A stretch of 64,000 nucleotides of DNA from Hypanus sabinus (lineage: Eukaryota): assembly GCF_030144855.1 (NCBI RefSeq), contig NC_082727.1:42036001-42100000 (forward strand). Reading direction: 5' to 3'. The notes under the pieces were generated by a model that saw only the letters and a list, made by a program, of their open reading frames with translations, ran no database searches and was not told where the DNA came from. This document shows positions 36,626-50,000 of this stretch, one piece after another (positions within the stretch are counted from its first letter, which is position 1; every line of letters begins with the position of its first letter). Both the position numbers and the translations under genes were made by a program.

Positions 36626-39600
36626 ACTTTTTCCTTGTCTCCATTGGTTTTATATTGATTATGTCTGTGTCCATGTTGCATCCCCTTTATAAACATTTCT
36701 TCGAACTTTTGTATTTCTTTTTGTTTTCCTGTGTGCTTAACTCTGTCACTTAGCCAAAGCATAGACGTTGTTTGAAACTGCATTACAAACTCTGCAAGTT
36801 AAATATAGTGTTGCACAATGATTTGAGAATCTGTGAGACATTTAGAGAATGTCTCAGTGGCCATTTAGGTTGAGTTGCTGCCAACAACTGAACAAATATG
36901 TCAGTTTGTGTCCTTTTGTTTTAAGGTACATAACTGCTTCAGGAAGAGAAGATTACTACAAAAAGTTGGGAGATTTGCCAGGTACACAGATTGTCCAGTC
37001 AGTTCACCTTGACACCCTATTTTTGGCTCACTTTTACAAAGGCATCAAAGGAGAAGGTGCATAATATACAGCATAACAGATGGTCAAGGGATGAAGTACA
37101 GACATGTTCAGGTCTTTGATTGCTTAGGGACTTGTAGTCCTTGAGTGATGACATGGTATGCACTTCTGTAATCCATCTTTCAGCCTATCCCAGCCATAAC
37201 CCATAAAAGATAAGAAGTTATTTATTAAAATACAGCTTGCTTCTTGTTAGTGGAGAGGATGTTGGCACAGAAAGTACAAAACAAAACAAGAACATATAAA
37301 ATATGAATGTATTTACAAATTATTCACTGTGATCGTAGTAATGACATACATTTGTTGAATGAGAAAAATAGACAAATTCTGGTTTCCCTTCTAATGATAT
37401 ATTCTGCATTACCAATAGGATAAATGCTGAGCATGAAAAGGCAACATTTATCACATACTTAATAAAACTATAGTTTATTTAAAAGTTAATCTACTTCTTT
37501 GCTGCCACTTAGAATGACCATTGCAGTCTGTCTTGTTAAATTTATATTTTAACTAGCTCCTCATCTTCCATGCTTGCTTAGAATGCACAGAGAAACTCAT
37601 CATATTATATTGAAGTGTCTCATTATATAATGCAGATAGAGTGAAGATTCAGTGTCGTAATTGCTTCAAAATCCTGCTCTCTGCTGCTTGCTTATCAGCT
37701 TCTGAGATCGGAAAACCATACTGAAGGACAACTGTGATCCATTTTAAAATTAAAAAAAAACTGATGCCAGAAGCATTCTTCAAAATGTCAGAAACATTCT
37801 GAAGATTTTTGATGACCTCAGCCATTGAGGATCAACTAAAATCATAGACATCAAACAAGCAAGAACTAGCTTGAAAGACGCTGCTGCGGTAGCAAAGTCA
37901 TAAAACAGTTTGGAAACAATTTTAATCTGTTTTTTTCAATAAATGGCAAAAAAGTAAAAGTACAGATAAATGCATAATAACCAAATAAATTTAATAAGGG
38001 TATGTAAAACTATGAGAAGTAGACAGGGTAGTTTGAGTCTTTTTTTAGGGTAGAAATGTCAAATATTGGAGGGCATGGCTTTAAGGAGAAAAGTTAAAAG
38101 GAGATTTGCAAAGCAAGTTCTTTTACACGGAATATAACATATCTGTAACATGCTGCTAGGGGAAGTGGCGAAAACATACAAGAGCAACACTTGGGAGGAA
38201 TTTAGGTAGTTACCGGAATACATGAGAAATGGAGCATCATTGACAATGTGCAGGCAGATGGGATTAGTTTCATTTGCCAGTCGTGGTCAGTATGTCATGT
38301 GTTGAAAGGCCTTTTCCTGCACTGTGCTGTATAGTCTATGCTCTAATGTTTAATGGTGTGATATTAATAGTCTCTTGCATATTATTTTAAAAATTTAGAT
38401 TACAGGTTAACGGCTCTATTCAAGTTTCAGGCAATAGAATTGTGCTTAAGTGTGGTCGCATTTCCAACCTGAACTGTAATTTAAATATAGTATTTTTCAG
38501 AAGTATTATGTCATTTTACCACACTGTAATGAGAACTTTCTGAATGAAGGAAAGTATAGGGTTGGATGTGACTTCATCAGAAAGTCTGGAGTAGGTTGTA
38601 GCAGGTTTATAAATCCCTAGATTTTTATTTTCTGTCAAGAGCCGCCTTGATATTGAGGGCAGTCAGCTTCACCTCACATCTGGAATGCTGTTCTTTCGTC
38701 CAGCTTTAGATGAAAGCTATTATGAGATCTGGACCCATGTATTCCTGGTGTAATCCAATATGAAATCAGTGAGTAGGATATTAATGAGTAAGTGCTACTC
38801 GATAACACTGTCAACAATCCCTACTGTCAATTTGCTGGTGAATGAGAATTCACGGATGGGGTGTATAGTTTGCCAGATCAAATTTGCTCTGTGGCTAGGA
38901 CATGCTTGGGCAATTTTCCACACCACTACACGCCTTTGCTTTTGGTACAACTAGATTTGAAGCACTGGTCTTCATCACTGCAGCCTGGATTTGCCACTGC
39001 AGTGGCAATATACCTGGAAATTAGACCGTGTAACAATGTACTTTTGTGCACTATATGATTCAGAAAAAAATAAAACTGAAGGATAATTGGAGACTGAACT
39101 GCATGATGAAGTGCTCTTCCTAACAAATCTGTGTGTGTTTGGAGTAATATTGTACAGATGAGCTCAGTTATATAAAGGAGCATCCAATGTTGTGCAAAGT
39201 ACCATTTGTAGAGTTATCACCTGCTTGAGTGTGGCCATGGAGGTCGATTTGGACCCCATCGGTAAGCATTTACTTGCTTGACATTTCCTCCCATGTAAAC
39301 CCCTTAGCTCACACCTTCCCCATCTCCTGGCCAACCAGATTCCAACACAAACAATGATCTATCAGTCACATCACTCAGCCTCTCAGACTGAACACCCTCA
39401 CATAACCATGTCCTCATACTACTCTGCCCTCTCTTCGCTCCCACCATAACCAGCACAAAACCCCTATCTACCAACACCCACACGCATACCCACAACTGCC
39501 CAACCACCTGACTTGGCTAACAGCATCCTACTCTGAGATTCCCATAGTCCAATCCCAGCTCAACGACTCAACCACCCTCATCATCTCAGCCCAATGATTT

Positions 39601-41555
39601 CCCCATTTACAGGTTGTCAACCCCAGGTCAGTGTGCTTTGTATGACAATGAGTTTTGTAGCAGAGGGCCCTTGGCTCTCCTTCCCCCAACAGTGTAACTG
39701 GGCATTTTAATGGACCTAAGCATTCATCAATACGGAGTACATTTTTTTTTGGATATCATGTGAAATGAATTAAATTTTCTAAAGCCTGGCACCTCCAATT
39801 AGGGAGACCTCAGAAAGAGACAATGTATAATTGGCAGAACTAGCATATAGGTTTACAATTGTGGACAATGGTACAGGGAGAATGTGAGGAAATACTATAT
39901 GTGCTTATTTAGAAAGTAGTTATGACCTGCAACTGATGAAAACAGAATTAGTATCGTAAAATATATTTTAAAAAGAATAATCTGCAGTGCTACTGGGAAA
40001 GAATGAGGCAATTGGATTACAGCATTAGGAATGTTCTAAAGGCAATGTAGAATTGATAGGTTGAACAGTTTTCTTCTTCATACTCATGTTTCTCACATTT
40101 TCCCTCAGTCAATTTCTAATGGGAAGCCAAGTACTTAAACCTAAAAGTACTGAGCCTGAAGTAGTAAGTATCAACCTATGGTAACAATTCTGCTCTTCAT
40201 AGGTGGGCAAAATAAATTACTGTTGACCACAGAAATTAACAACAGGCAGGAAAGAAAACCTCATTTAGCTCTGAAACACAAGGTTCACTTTAGAATAAAT
40301 GGTAGAAAGAACCTAAATTCTACAAAATCAGGCAATGAATCTTGGCGTAATATTGTTCAGCAAACAATCATGTTGGGGACAGCCACTGCCCTTTGTAAAT
40401 GGGTATTCAGCCAGTGAAAAGTGGTGCTGCTAAAGGCATAATAACACTGGACCAATCTGCTTAATTATAATAATTTGGGAGAAAGGAATGAGGCCAACAC
40501 ATACTTGCAGCGTGACCTAAAAAAAGCAATTAACTCTAATGGAACTGTGAATTCAGCACCAAGTGCACTGTACTGACTGACCTGCTGAGTTCCTTCAGCG
40601 TTTTGTGTATTGCAATTGTGCTTAGCTGCCTGAATCTGCAGGGTTCGTGTCCTCAGAGGGGGTTGGCGGAGAACCAGGGCAATGATTTACCGAGTACAGC
40701 AAAGGGGAGTGGTGTCTAAATTAAAACAGCTAAGTTTTATCTTTATTTCACTGATTTTCTACGTGTTATCATTAAAGTTCTCAAAGAATAGTCCAACCAG
40801 AAATTCCTGTATAATCGAATGCAAACTGATGTCAGAAATTAAGGTGAATGTATTAGACATACTGTAGGTGTGAAATAGTGGAATAATGTCTTTGAAAGCT
40901 TGGTGTTGAAGTACAGCTTATTTTAATGTTAAATTTCCATGTTTCATTTCAGGTAGCACTGTAGTGTCAACGGAACTTCTGTGACAGTAGGGAGAGGCAG
41001 CTGTAGATGGCTAATTATGCAGACTTTAGCTTGGCTGGGTGAGCAAGGGAGATTGTCTGTTTTCAGAATAACATGTCGGAGTAATTTAGGCAACATGCAA
41101 CTGTATATTAACTCCTTGTGTAACCATTGTCAATAATGCACAAAGCATACAAAACACCCTTTTTTTGATTTACTTTTAAGGATCACAGGCGTAACTCTGT
41201 GATCATAAGGTATGAGTAGAAATATAATATTAGCCTGTGGTATTGTCAGAAAGTCAGACATCAGACCATAAGAACACAATTCAAAGGAGCAGAATTCAGC
41301 TATTTTACCAATTGAATCTGCTCCACTGTTTCATCATGGCTGACTTATTATCCCTCTCAACTTCATTTTCCTGCCTTCTTCATATATCTTTTAACACCCT
41401 TACTAAACAAAAACCTATCAACCTCCACTTTAAATTTACCCAATGACAGTCTGGAACAAATGACTCAGTGGAAACATTTAAGAGAATTTGAATGAATATA
41501 TTTATAAAAGGGGTATAAATGCATACTGTCTGGGTGCAAGTGAATAGGACTAGAC

Positions 41556-42274
41556 CAGAGGTCGGCAACCTGCGGCTCCAGAGCCACATGCGGCTCTTTG
41601 ATCTCTGTGATGCGGCTCCCCGTGGTTTGTTAGCTTTTGAAATGTAATTCGAAATTTGAAGATTATGGTGATCTTGTACAATATGAAAACTTTGCGGAGA
41701 CACCGTTTCCCGGCACATCCGAACCGGCTCACAATTAGCCACCGTTCCGACTAAGGGAGATAGCCTACGGGGGTTTGTGAGTACGTGTCTTTTGGAGCAT
41801 CCGCGCCCATGGGGACGGGTTGAGGGAGGCTTTAAAGCAAGGCTGTTTAGTTCGAATAAAGTTACCTTTGACTGCAGTCTTTATTTTAGCGCTGCTTGTA
41901 GCGCTACACCGCTACAACGTGTTTTTTATCGCTATTAATATACATCACCACTGCCAATGCCTGACACCCGCCAGTGCGCGCTTTCTTTTAATTCTTCGAT
42001 CCAAGGTAGGCTACCTATGTAGTAACCTTCAACCCAACGTCTTTTTTTCGGAGTTCAAAATGTTTTTGTTGCATGCAGAAATGTAATTTCGTTTTCTCTG
42101 CAGGAGTTCATCAATTTCAAAAATGCAACACATTATAGTTTGTTTATACATAGCATAAAGGCAAAAAAAACCGTTGTATGCAGTGTTATTTAATTTTGTG
42201 GCTCCCAGTGTTTTCTTTTCTGTGGGAAATGGGTCCATATTGGCTCTTTTAGTGGTAAACGTTGCCGACCCCTG
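41556..42274. mobile_element. Non-autonomous hAT transposon (719 bp)
   Basis: 14-bp TIRs cagaggtcggcaac / gttgccgacccctg (1 mismatch); perfect 8-bp TSD GACTAGAC (41548-41555 / 42275-42282). Confidence 0.92.
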
Positions 42275-43789
42275 GACTAGACAAACATAGACTAGATGGA
42301 CAGATTCAGCACCCTCAGGCTAAAGGAATTTTTCCTCATCTCTGTTCTAAATGGATGTCCCTCTACTCTGAGGCTGTGCCTTCTGGTCCTAAACTCCCCC
42401 ACTGTTGGAAGCATCATAATTGGCACACCCACTCTGTCTAGGCCTTTCGATATTCAATAGATTTCAATGAGATCCTCCCTCATTCTTCTAAAATCCAGCA
42501 AGTAAAGGTTCTTGCAGCATCTCTATTTACAATGGCCACTCATCATTGTCACCAATCAGGAGGCATAGAGCTACAGTACGATGAACCTTTTCCATATTTC
42601 AGTTGTACCTAGCCAAAGCTTCTGTGAACTGCTGACAGAGATGATGGGCTGAATTGCCTAATTCTGCTCCTATGTCTTATGGTCCCCTTTCATACTTTTG
42701 ACAAATTCCCCTGTTTAATGGAATCCAAACATGAATCACGAGCCACCTTTAGTGAGTAGTTAATTCCATCTGAAAGCAAATCAAAGGGAAGATAACTCAT
42801 TGAAGAATTAGACAAGGTTCTTTTCAGCTCTGCGAGAGCTAAATCAGTAATCACAGCCAGCTGTGATATTGCTCATTCGATTCCACCTTGTAAACTACAT
42901 TGATTATCTTTGACTGCTAACCACATCTACACAAAGGAAACTTAAGCAACGTGTAATAAAGGTGATTAAAACTAGCCTGTGGTTAGCTAACTACCCCTCA
43001 AGTGATGGAAAATTTGACTCACTACGGTCAGAAGTCACAGTGATTTACTGAAGGTACAGTATATCTCTCTTCCATCCACATCTACTAAAATAAAGAAATA
43101 AGGTCAAATCACTTTTCTATAATTTGTAACTATAGCAATACCACATGAACTTGCTGGCACTTAAGCAAAATCTGCACGTTAATAGGAGGCACAAAATAAC
43201 TTTGACATTTGGCAAGAGTGCGAAAGGTCGTATATAATCACTGCCACGCAGCTTCATATACTGTTTCCTGTATCTATGAACTCTCACTCATTCAAGATTG
43301 TTGCTGTTATTATCTAAAGTTAAACTGCAGAGTTAATTACCATTTTTTGAAGTAGGGTTATTGGAGCATTTCTTTGCATATGTGAAATCTGTCACTTGTC
43401 CTTTGGCAGATGAGCCAAAATTTCCCAAAGACTTTGTTTATCGAGTAAGCGCTAGAGTTGATTTAATGAGACATCTGTTCTTGTTCCAGTTGTGTTTTGT
43501 TCCACACTGTTGTTGTGCTACCTTATCTGTGGCATCTGCTGCAGTTTGAACTTATAATTGCTGCAGAGCTTCTGAAACGTACACTTTCTGATTGATCCAA
43601 GAATTTAATCCAAAAATTCATCAATACAGTTGCATTGGTTCTGGGGATTGGAATGCTTCAGCTGAGTTCATAGGGAATGCATTGGAGAAAATCTCCCAAA
43701 AAATCCTTAAAGATTTTTGACTGATATGTTTCGCATCTGTATTCATTCGTTCGCAATGTGCCGTGTCGTAAGACACAGATGATCGTCGT

Positions 43790-43990
43790 CTTTCCACGAC
43801 CATGATTGCTTTTGGCAAGTTTTATTTTCTGCAGAAGTGGTTTGCCATTGCCTTCTTCTGGGCAGTGACCCCAACCATTATCAATACTCTTCAGAGGTTG
43901 TCTGCCTGGCGTCAGTGGTCGTATGTGATATGCACCAGCTTTTTATACAACCATCCACCACCTTCTCTCATGGCTTCATGTGACCCTGAT
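43790..43990. repeat. RTE-related short repeat, second copy
   Basis: Collinear with 20155-20470. Confidence 0.5.
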
Positions 43991-44149
43991 TGGGAGTGGG
44001 GGTGCAGGCTAGTAGAGGGAATAAAAGCCTTTCTCCTCCTTTGGTAGAGATGAATCTCCACCCACACCACCCCCACCCCCGCACTGAGTAATGCATCTGT
44101 ACTAGTCAGTGGAAATAGTAACCCAGTTATTTTAGTTATGTTTTCAATA

Positions 44150-44830
44150 GACAATTGGTGCAGGAGTAGGCCATTTGGCCCTTTGAGCTAGCACCGCCAT
44201 TCAATGTGATCATGGCTGATCATCTACAATCAGTACCCCGTTCCTGCCTTTTCTCCATATCCCTTGACTCCACTACCTTTAAGAGCTCTATCTAACTCTT
44301 TCTTGAAAGCATCCAGAGAATTGGCCTCCACTGCCTTCTGAGGCAGAGCATTCCATAGATCCATAAGGGGTGAAGAAGTTTTTCCTCAACTCTGTTCTAA
44401 ATGACCTACCCCTTATTCTTAAACTGTGGCCTCTGGTTCTGGACTCCCCCAACATCGAGAACATGTTTCTTGCTTCTAGGGCATCCAATCCCTTAATAAT
44501 CTTATACGTTTCAATCAGATCCCCTCTCATCCTTCTAAATTCCAGTGTATACAAGCCCAGTCGCTCCAATCTTTCAACATATGACATTCCCGCCATCCTG
44601 GGAATCAACCTCGTGAACCTACGCTGAACTCCCTCAATAGCAAGAATGTCTTTCCTCAAATTTGGAGACCAAAACTGAACACAATACTCCAGGTGTGGTC
44701 TCACTAGGGCTCTGTACAACTGCAGAAGGACCTCTTTGTTCCTATACTCAACTCCCCTTGTTATGAAGGCCAACATGCTCTCTTCACTGCCTGCTGTACC
44801 TGCATGCTTACTTTCAGTGACTGATAAACA
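44150..44830 (-). mobile_element. CR1/HER1-like LINE 3' end
   Basis: ORF 44288-44860 contains LYRALVRPHLEYCVQFWSP...RRMRGDLIETYKIIKGLD. Confidence 0.9.
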
Positions 44831-44924
44831 CCTAGATCTTGTTGTACTTCCCCTTTTCAAGTATAACAGCCCTCAATATGGAAGAGCAGTAGTGCAAATA
44901 GGGTCATATATTACATCACACAAA

Positions 44925-45320
44925 AATACAACTGCAGATGCTGTGGATCGAAGAATATGTACACGACGCTGGAAGAACTCAGCAGGTCAGGCAGCATCTG
45001 TGAGAAAAGAGTAGCCAACGTTTCGGGCCGAGACCCTTCATCAGGAATGGGGGGGGGGGGGGAGAAGAGAGGGCCGAAGCCCAGTAATAGAGATAGGGGA
45101 GGGGGAAGGACTAGAGGCACCAGGTGGAGAACCAATCAGAGGAAGGATAAAGGGGGGAGGGGATAAGCATGAAAGAACTGTAGAAATAAATGAGCAGAAA
45201 GTTGAAAGGGGAGAGGGGCAGAGAGGGACCTAGGATGGGGGGAGGGGGAGGGAATTACCAGAAACTGGAGAATTCAATGTTCACACCACCAGGCTGGAAG
45301 CTACCCAGACGGTCATATAT
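44925..45320 (-). mobile_element. Penelope-like 3' terminus with the best-preserved hammerhead core in the window
   Basis: Minus strand 45050-45011: ccattc-CTGATGA-agggtctcggccc-GAAAC-GTT-ggctac. Confidence 0.75.
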
Positions 45321-45664
45321 AACATGTTGGTTGCTACAGATGTTGTTTCTGTTCTAAAATGGTGTCCACAGTGACAAGAGTAGCAGGTTGTTTCAGCTTC
45401 TCTTATTTGATGCAACATATCACTGTTGGTTTAGTATTATCACATTAAATAAGATACAGCTTTTGATCTATGTGCCATCCAGTCAGATTATGCCATTCAT
45501 AATTGCATCAAGGTAGATAAAGAAACCAAAATGGAGAATATAGTGTTGCAAGTACAGAGAAAATGCAGTGCAGGTTGACAAATGGCCACGATGAGGTAGA
45601 CTGAGAGATCAAGAGTTTACCTTCTATTTCATGAGAATTCTGTTCAAGGATCTGATAACAATGG

Positions 45665-46640
45665 TATAGAGCAAACACGAGGAAATCTGCAGATGCTGGA
45701 AATTCAAACACAACACAAAATGCTGGTAGAACACAGCAGGCCAGGCAGCATCTATAAGGAGAAGCACTGTCGATGTTTTGGGCCGAGACCCTTCATCAGG
45801 ACTAACTGAAAGGAAAGATACTAAGAGATTTGAAAATAGTGGGGGGAGGGGGAAATGCGAAATGATAGGAGAAGACCGGAGGGGGTGGGATGAAGCTGGG
45901 AGCCAGAAAGGTGATTGGTGAAAGTGATACAGAGCTGGAGAAGGGAAAGGATCATGGGACAGGAGGCCTCAGGAGAAAGAAAGGGGTAGGGGGGAGCACC
46001 AGAGGGAGACAGAGAACGGGCAGAGTGATGGGCAGAGAGAGAGAAAAAAAACAAACAAATATCTCAGGGATCGGGTAAGAAGGGGAGGAGGGGCATTAAT
46101 GGAAGTTAGAGAAGTCAATGTTCATGACATCAGGTTGGTGGCTACCCAGCCAGTATATAAGGTGTTGTTCCTCCAACCTGAGTGTGGCTTCACCTTGACA
46201 GTAGAGGAGGCCATGATAGACATATCAGAATGGGAATGGGACATGGAATTACAATGTGTGGCCACTGGGAGATCCTGCTTTCTCTGACAGACTGAGCGTA
46301 GGTGTTCAGCGAAACAGTCTCCCAGTCTGTGCCGGGTCTCACCAATATATAAAAGGCCACACCGGGAGCACCGGACGCAGTATACCACACCAGCCGACTC
46401 ACAGGTGAAGTGTCGCCTCACCTGGAAGGACTGTCTGGGGCCCTGAATGGTGGTGAGGGAGGAAGTGTAAGGACAGGTGTAGCATTTGTTCCGCTTACAA
46501 GGATAAGTGCCAGGAGGGAGATCGGTGGGAAGGGATGGGAGGGACAAGTGGACAAGGGAGTCACATAGGGAGTGATCCCTGCAGAAAGCAGAGAGAGTGG
46601 GGAGGGAAAGATGTGCTTGGTAGTGGGATCCCGTTGGACA
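45665..46640 (-). mobile_element. Penelope-like element 3' part (GIY-YIG and hammerhead-type terminus)
   Basis: ORF 46122-46547 (GVVYCVRCSRCGLLYIGETRHRLGDCFAEH); degenerate hammerhead at 45766-45805. Confidence 0.88.
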
Positions 46641-47092
46641 ATGGGATAGAAGTTGTTCTTAGTCTGGTGGTTCATGCTCAGCATAACGAGACCATAAAAC
46701 TAATTACAGATGCAATGTCAGTGTTGCCATTTTACAATAGACTGGCTAATACCCTCTTGCATTGCTGAAGGCACGCGAACATTACTTGTTAAAAGATTCA
46801 TCAGTTCTTACAAATAATTTCTGATCTCTGCTGGTGATGCACCATCAATAACTCACACTGAGATGTAGGCGAGATATCGGCTTTTATTGACTGGAAGAAG
46901 GAACCAGGAGTGAGTGTCTATCATACAAGGTCCTGGAGACTGAGGCCGATCTTCAGGCCGCAGGTCTCCTTTATACAGGGGCCTGTGGGAGGAGCCACAG
47001 GAGCAGTCAGCAGGGGCGTGTCCCGACAGGCACATAGTTCACCACATTCACCCCCCCCTTCGTTTGAAAAAGTCCTCATGTAGCGAAGGTTC

Positions 47093-50000
47093 TTACAAGT
47101 CAAGCCGATCAGGCGGTCGAATCTGTCGCTGCGATCTACGTAGCACCGGCTGTGACCGCATAGGTGCCGGCAACATTGGCGATTGCACAGGGGATGGGGG
47201 TTGCGCGTGTTCTTGCCCACTAGGCGCCGGTGATCCCTCATGCATGTGCGAGGCGCCTGGTATAAATGCGTACGAAACGCCCGGTATACAAGTGTCGTGA
47301 GGAGTCTGTGTAGGGCCTGGTGAGTACGGTGTCACCTCTGGTGCAGGGTTCACAGTTACCGGAGAGCCTTCAGGGTAGTGGTCTGCTGCACCTGCGGGTG
47401 CCAGGTCGCGGATGGAGACCGTGTCCTCCCGCCCATCAGGTAAGACCACGTAAGCATACTGGGGGTTCGCATGGAGAAGGTGAACCCTCTCCACCAGCGG
47501 GGAGTATTTATTGCTCCTCACATGTTTCCGGAGCAGCACTGGCCCCGGGGACGTCAGCCAAACTGGTAGGGTGGTCCCAGTGACAGACTTCCTGGGAAAA
47601 GAGAATAGGCGTTCGTGAGGGGTGGCATTGGTGGACGTACATAACAGAGAGCGGATAGAGTGCAGTGCCTCAGGGAGGACCTCCTGCCATCGAGAGACCG
47701 GCAACCCTTTGGACTTGAGGGCTAAAAGTGTGGCCTTCCGCACTGTGGCATTCTCCCGCTCTACCTGGCCATTACCCCGGGGATTATAACTCGTGGTCCG
47801 ACTGGTAGCAATGCCCCTAGCTAGCAAGTACTGGCGCAGCTCCTCACTCATAAAGGAGGACCCTCTATCACTGTGGATATAGCAGGGATACCCGAACAGA
47901 GTGAAGAGCTGGCGCAGGGCTTTTATGACGGACGTGGCAGTGGTGTCGGGGCAGGGGATGGCAAAGGGGAACCGTGAGAACTCGTCAATAACACTGAGAA
48001 AATAGACATTGCGGTCAGTGGAGGGAAGGGGGCCCTTAAAGTCAACACTCAGGCGTTCAAAAGGGCGGGTGGCCTTGACAAGTTGTGCCGTGTCAGGACA
48101 GTAGAAGTGCGGTTTGCACTCGGCACAAATTTGGCAGTCCCTGGTCATCGTCCTGATGTCCTCCAGGGAGTACGGCAGGTTCCGAGCTTTCACAAAATGG
48201 TAAAATCGGGTGACCCCCGGATGGCAAAGTTGTGCATGAAGGGCGTACAGCTGGTCGAGCTGTGTGCTAGCACATGTTCCCCGGGATAGGGCATCAGGGG
48301 GCTCATTGAGTCTGCCAGGCCGGTACAGGATATCATAGGTGTAGGTGGAGAGTTCTATCCTCCACCGCAAAAGCTTATCATTTTTGATCTTGCCCCGCTG
48401 TTGGTTGCTGAACAGGAACGCACCCGAGCGCTGGTCGGTCAGCACAGTGAATCTTTTGCCAGCAAGATAGTGCCTCCAGTGCCTAACAGCCTCCACTATG
48501 GCCTGGGCTTCTTTCTCCACCGCGGAGTGCCGAATTTCAGAGCCTTGGAGGGTGCGAGAAAAGAATGCTACTGGTCTGCCTTCCTGATTAAGGGTAGCAG
48601 CCAGAGCGAAATCGGAGGCATCACACTCCACTTGGAAGGGAGCGGTCTCGTCCACTGCATGCATCGTAGCTTTGGCAATGTCCGCTTTAATGCAGTTGAA
48701 GACCGCGCAGGCCTCAGCAGAGAGGGGAAACGAGGTAGACTTGACCAGGGGGCGAGCCTTGTCTGCGTAATGGGGGACCCATTGGGCGTAATAGGAAAAA
48801 AACCCCAGGCACCGTCTGAGGGCCTTGAGAGTGGTGGGAAGAGGGAGCTCTAACAGGGGGCGCATACGTTCGGGATCAGGCCCAATAACCCCGTTTTCCA
48901 CGACATACCCAAGTATAGCAAGGCGGGTGGTACCAAAAACACACTTGTCCCTGTTATAAGTAAGGTTCAGAGCTGCGGCCACTTGGAGAAACCGTTGGAG
49001 GTTGGCGTCGTGATCTGGCCTGTCATGACCACAGATGGTGATGTTATCCAGATAGGGAAATGTGGCCTGCAGTTGGTACTGGTCCACCATCCGGTCCATT
49101 TCCCTCTGGAAGACAGAGACACCATTCGTGACACCGAAAGGGACGCGCAGGAAGTGATAGAGCCGGCCGCCCGCCTCGAAGGCGGTGTAGGGGCGGTCCT
49201 CTGGGCAGATGGGGAGCTGGTGATAAGCGGATTTCAGATCTATTGTCGAGTACACCTTATACTGAGCAATCTGGTTGACCATATCCGCGATGCGGGGTAG
49301 GGGGTATGCGTCAAGCTGCGTAAACCTATTGATGGTTTGACTATAGTCCACCACCATCCTATTTTTCTGCCCAGTCCGAACAACAACCACCTGGGCCCTC
49401 CAAGGGCTTGTGCTCGGCTCAATGATCCCCTCCCTGAGCAGCCGCTGCACCTCCGACTGAATGAAGGCCCGGTCCCCCGCGCTGTACCTCCTGCTTTTGG
49501 TTGCCACAGGTTTACAGTCGGGGGTCAGGTTGGCGAACAGCGGTGGGGGAGGGATCTTGAGAGTGGAGAGGCTGCAAGTGTCGGTAGCGCAGCTGTTGGC
49601 CTGGTTCTGGATGGGATGTGTGTGTCCGTGTGTGTGTGTGGTCAGTAGCGGGGTATGTGAAGAAGTCCCACAAAACTGAGGATTCTTGACAGTGAGTGGT
49701 GGGAGGGGCCCGTCGTATACCATAGTCACACTTTCGAGATGGCTCTGGAAGTCCAGCCCCAATAGCACAGGTGCACACAGATTAGGCATGACCAGCAGTT
49801 CAAAGTCCCGATATACTGTGCCTTGCACCACCAAAGTCGCTACACAACCCGCCCGGATGTCTGCGGACTGCGACCCAGAGGCCAAATGGAATCTCCGACT
49901 GACCGGCCGCGTTGCAAGTCCGCAGCGTTGCACTGTGTCCGGGTGAATAAAACTCCCAGTGCTGCCCGTGTCAAACAGGCATCCAGTCCAATGCCCCTCC

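Noticed and set aside
36927-36982. Possible exon encoding YITASGREDYYKKLGDLP
   Set aside because: Weak donor, no homology, does not fit DNTT phases.
39169-39261. Possible exon ending at a strong donor (ATCG|gtaagc)
   Set aside because: Weak acceptors and no recognisable protein. Phase compatibility with 43410-43444 is a one-in-three chance.
39300-39600. G-poor, C/A-rich skewed tract
   Set aside because: No periodicity or boundaries found; treated as low-complexity or decayed repeat.
43410-43444. Possible 35-nt exon (ggcag|ATGAG...CGA|gtaagc; DEPKFPKDFVYR)
   Set aside because: Phase 1/0 and non-triplet length are incompatible with phase-0 DNTT intron 9; no recognisable homology.
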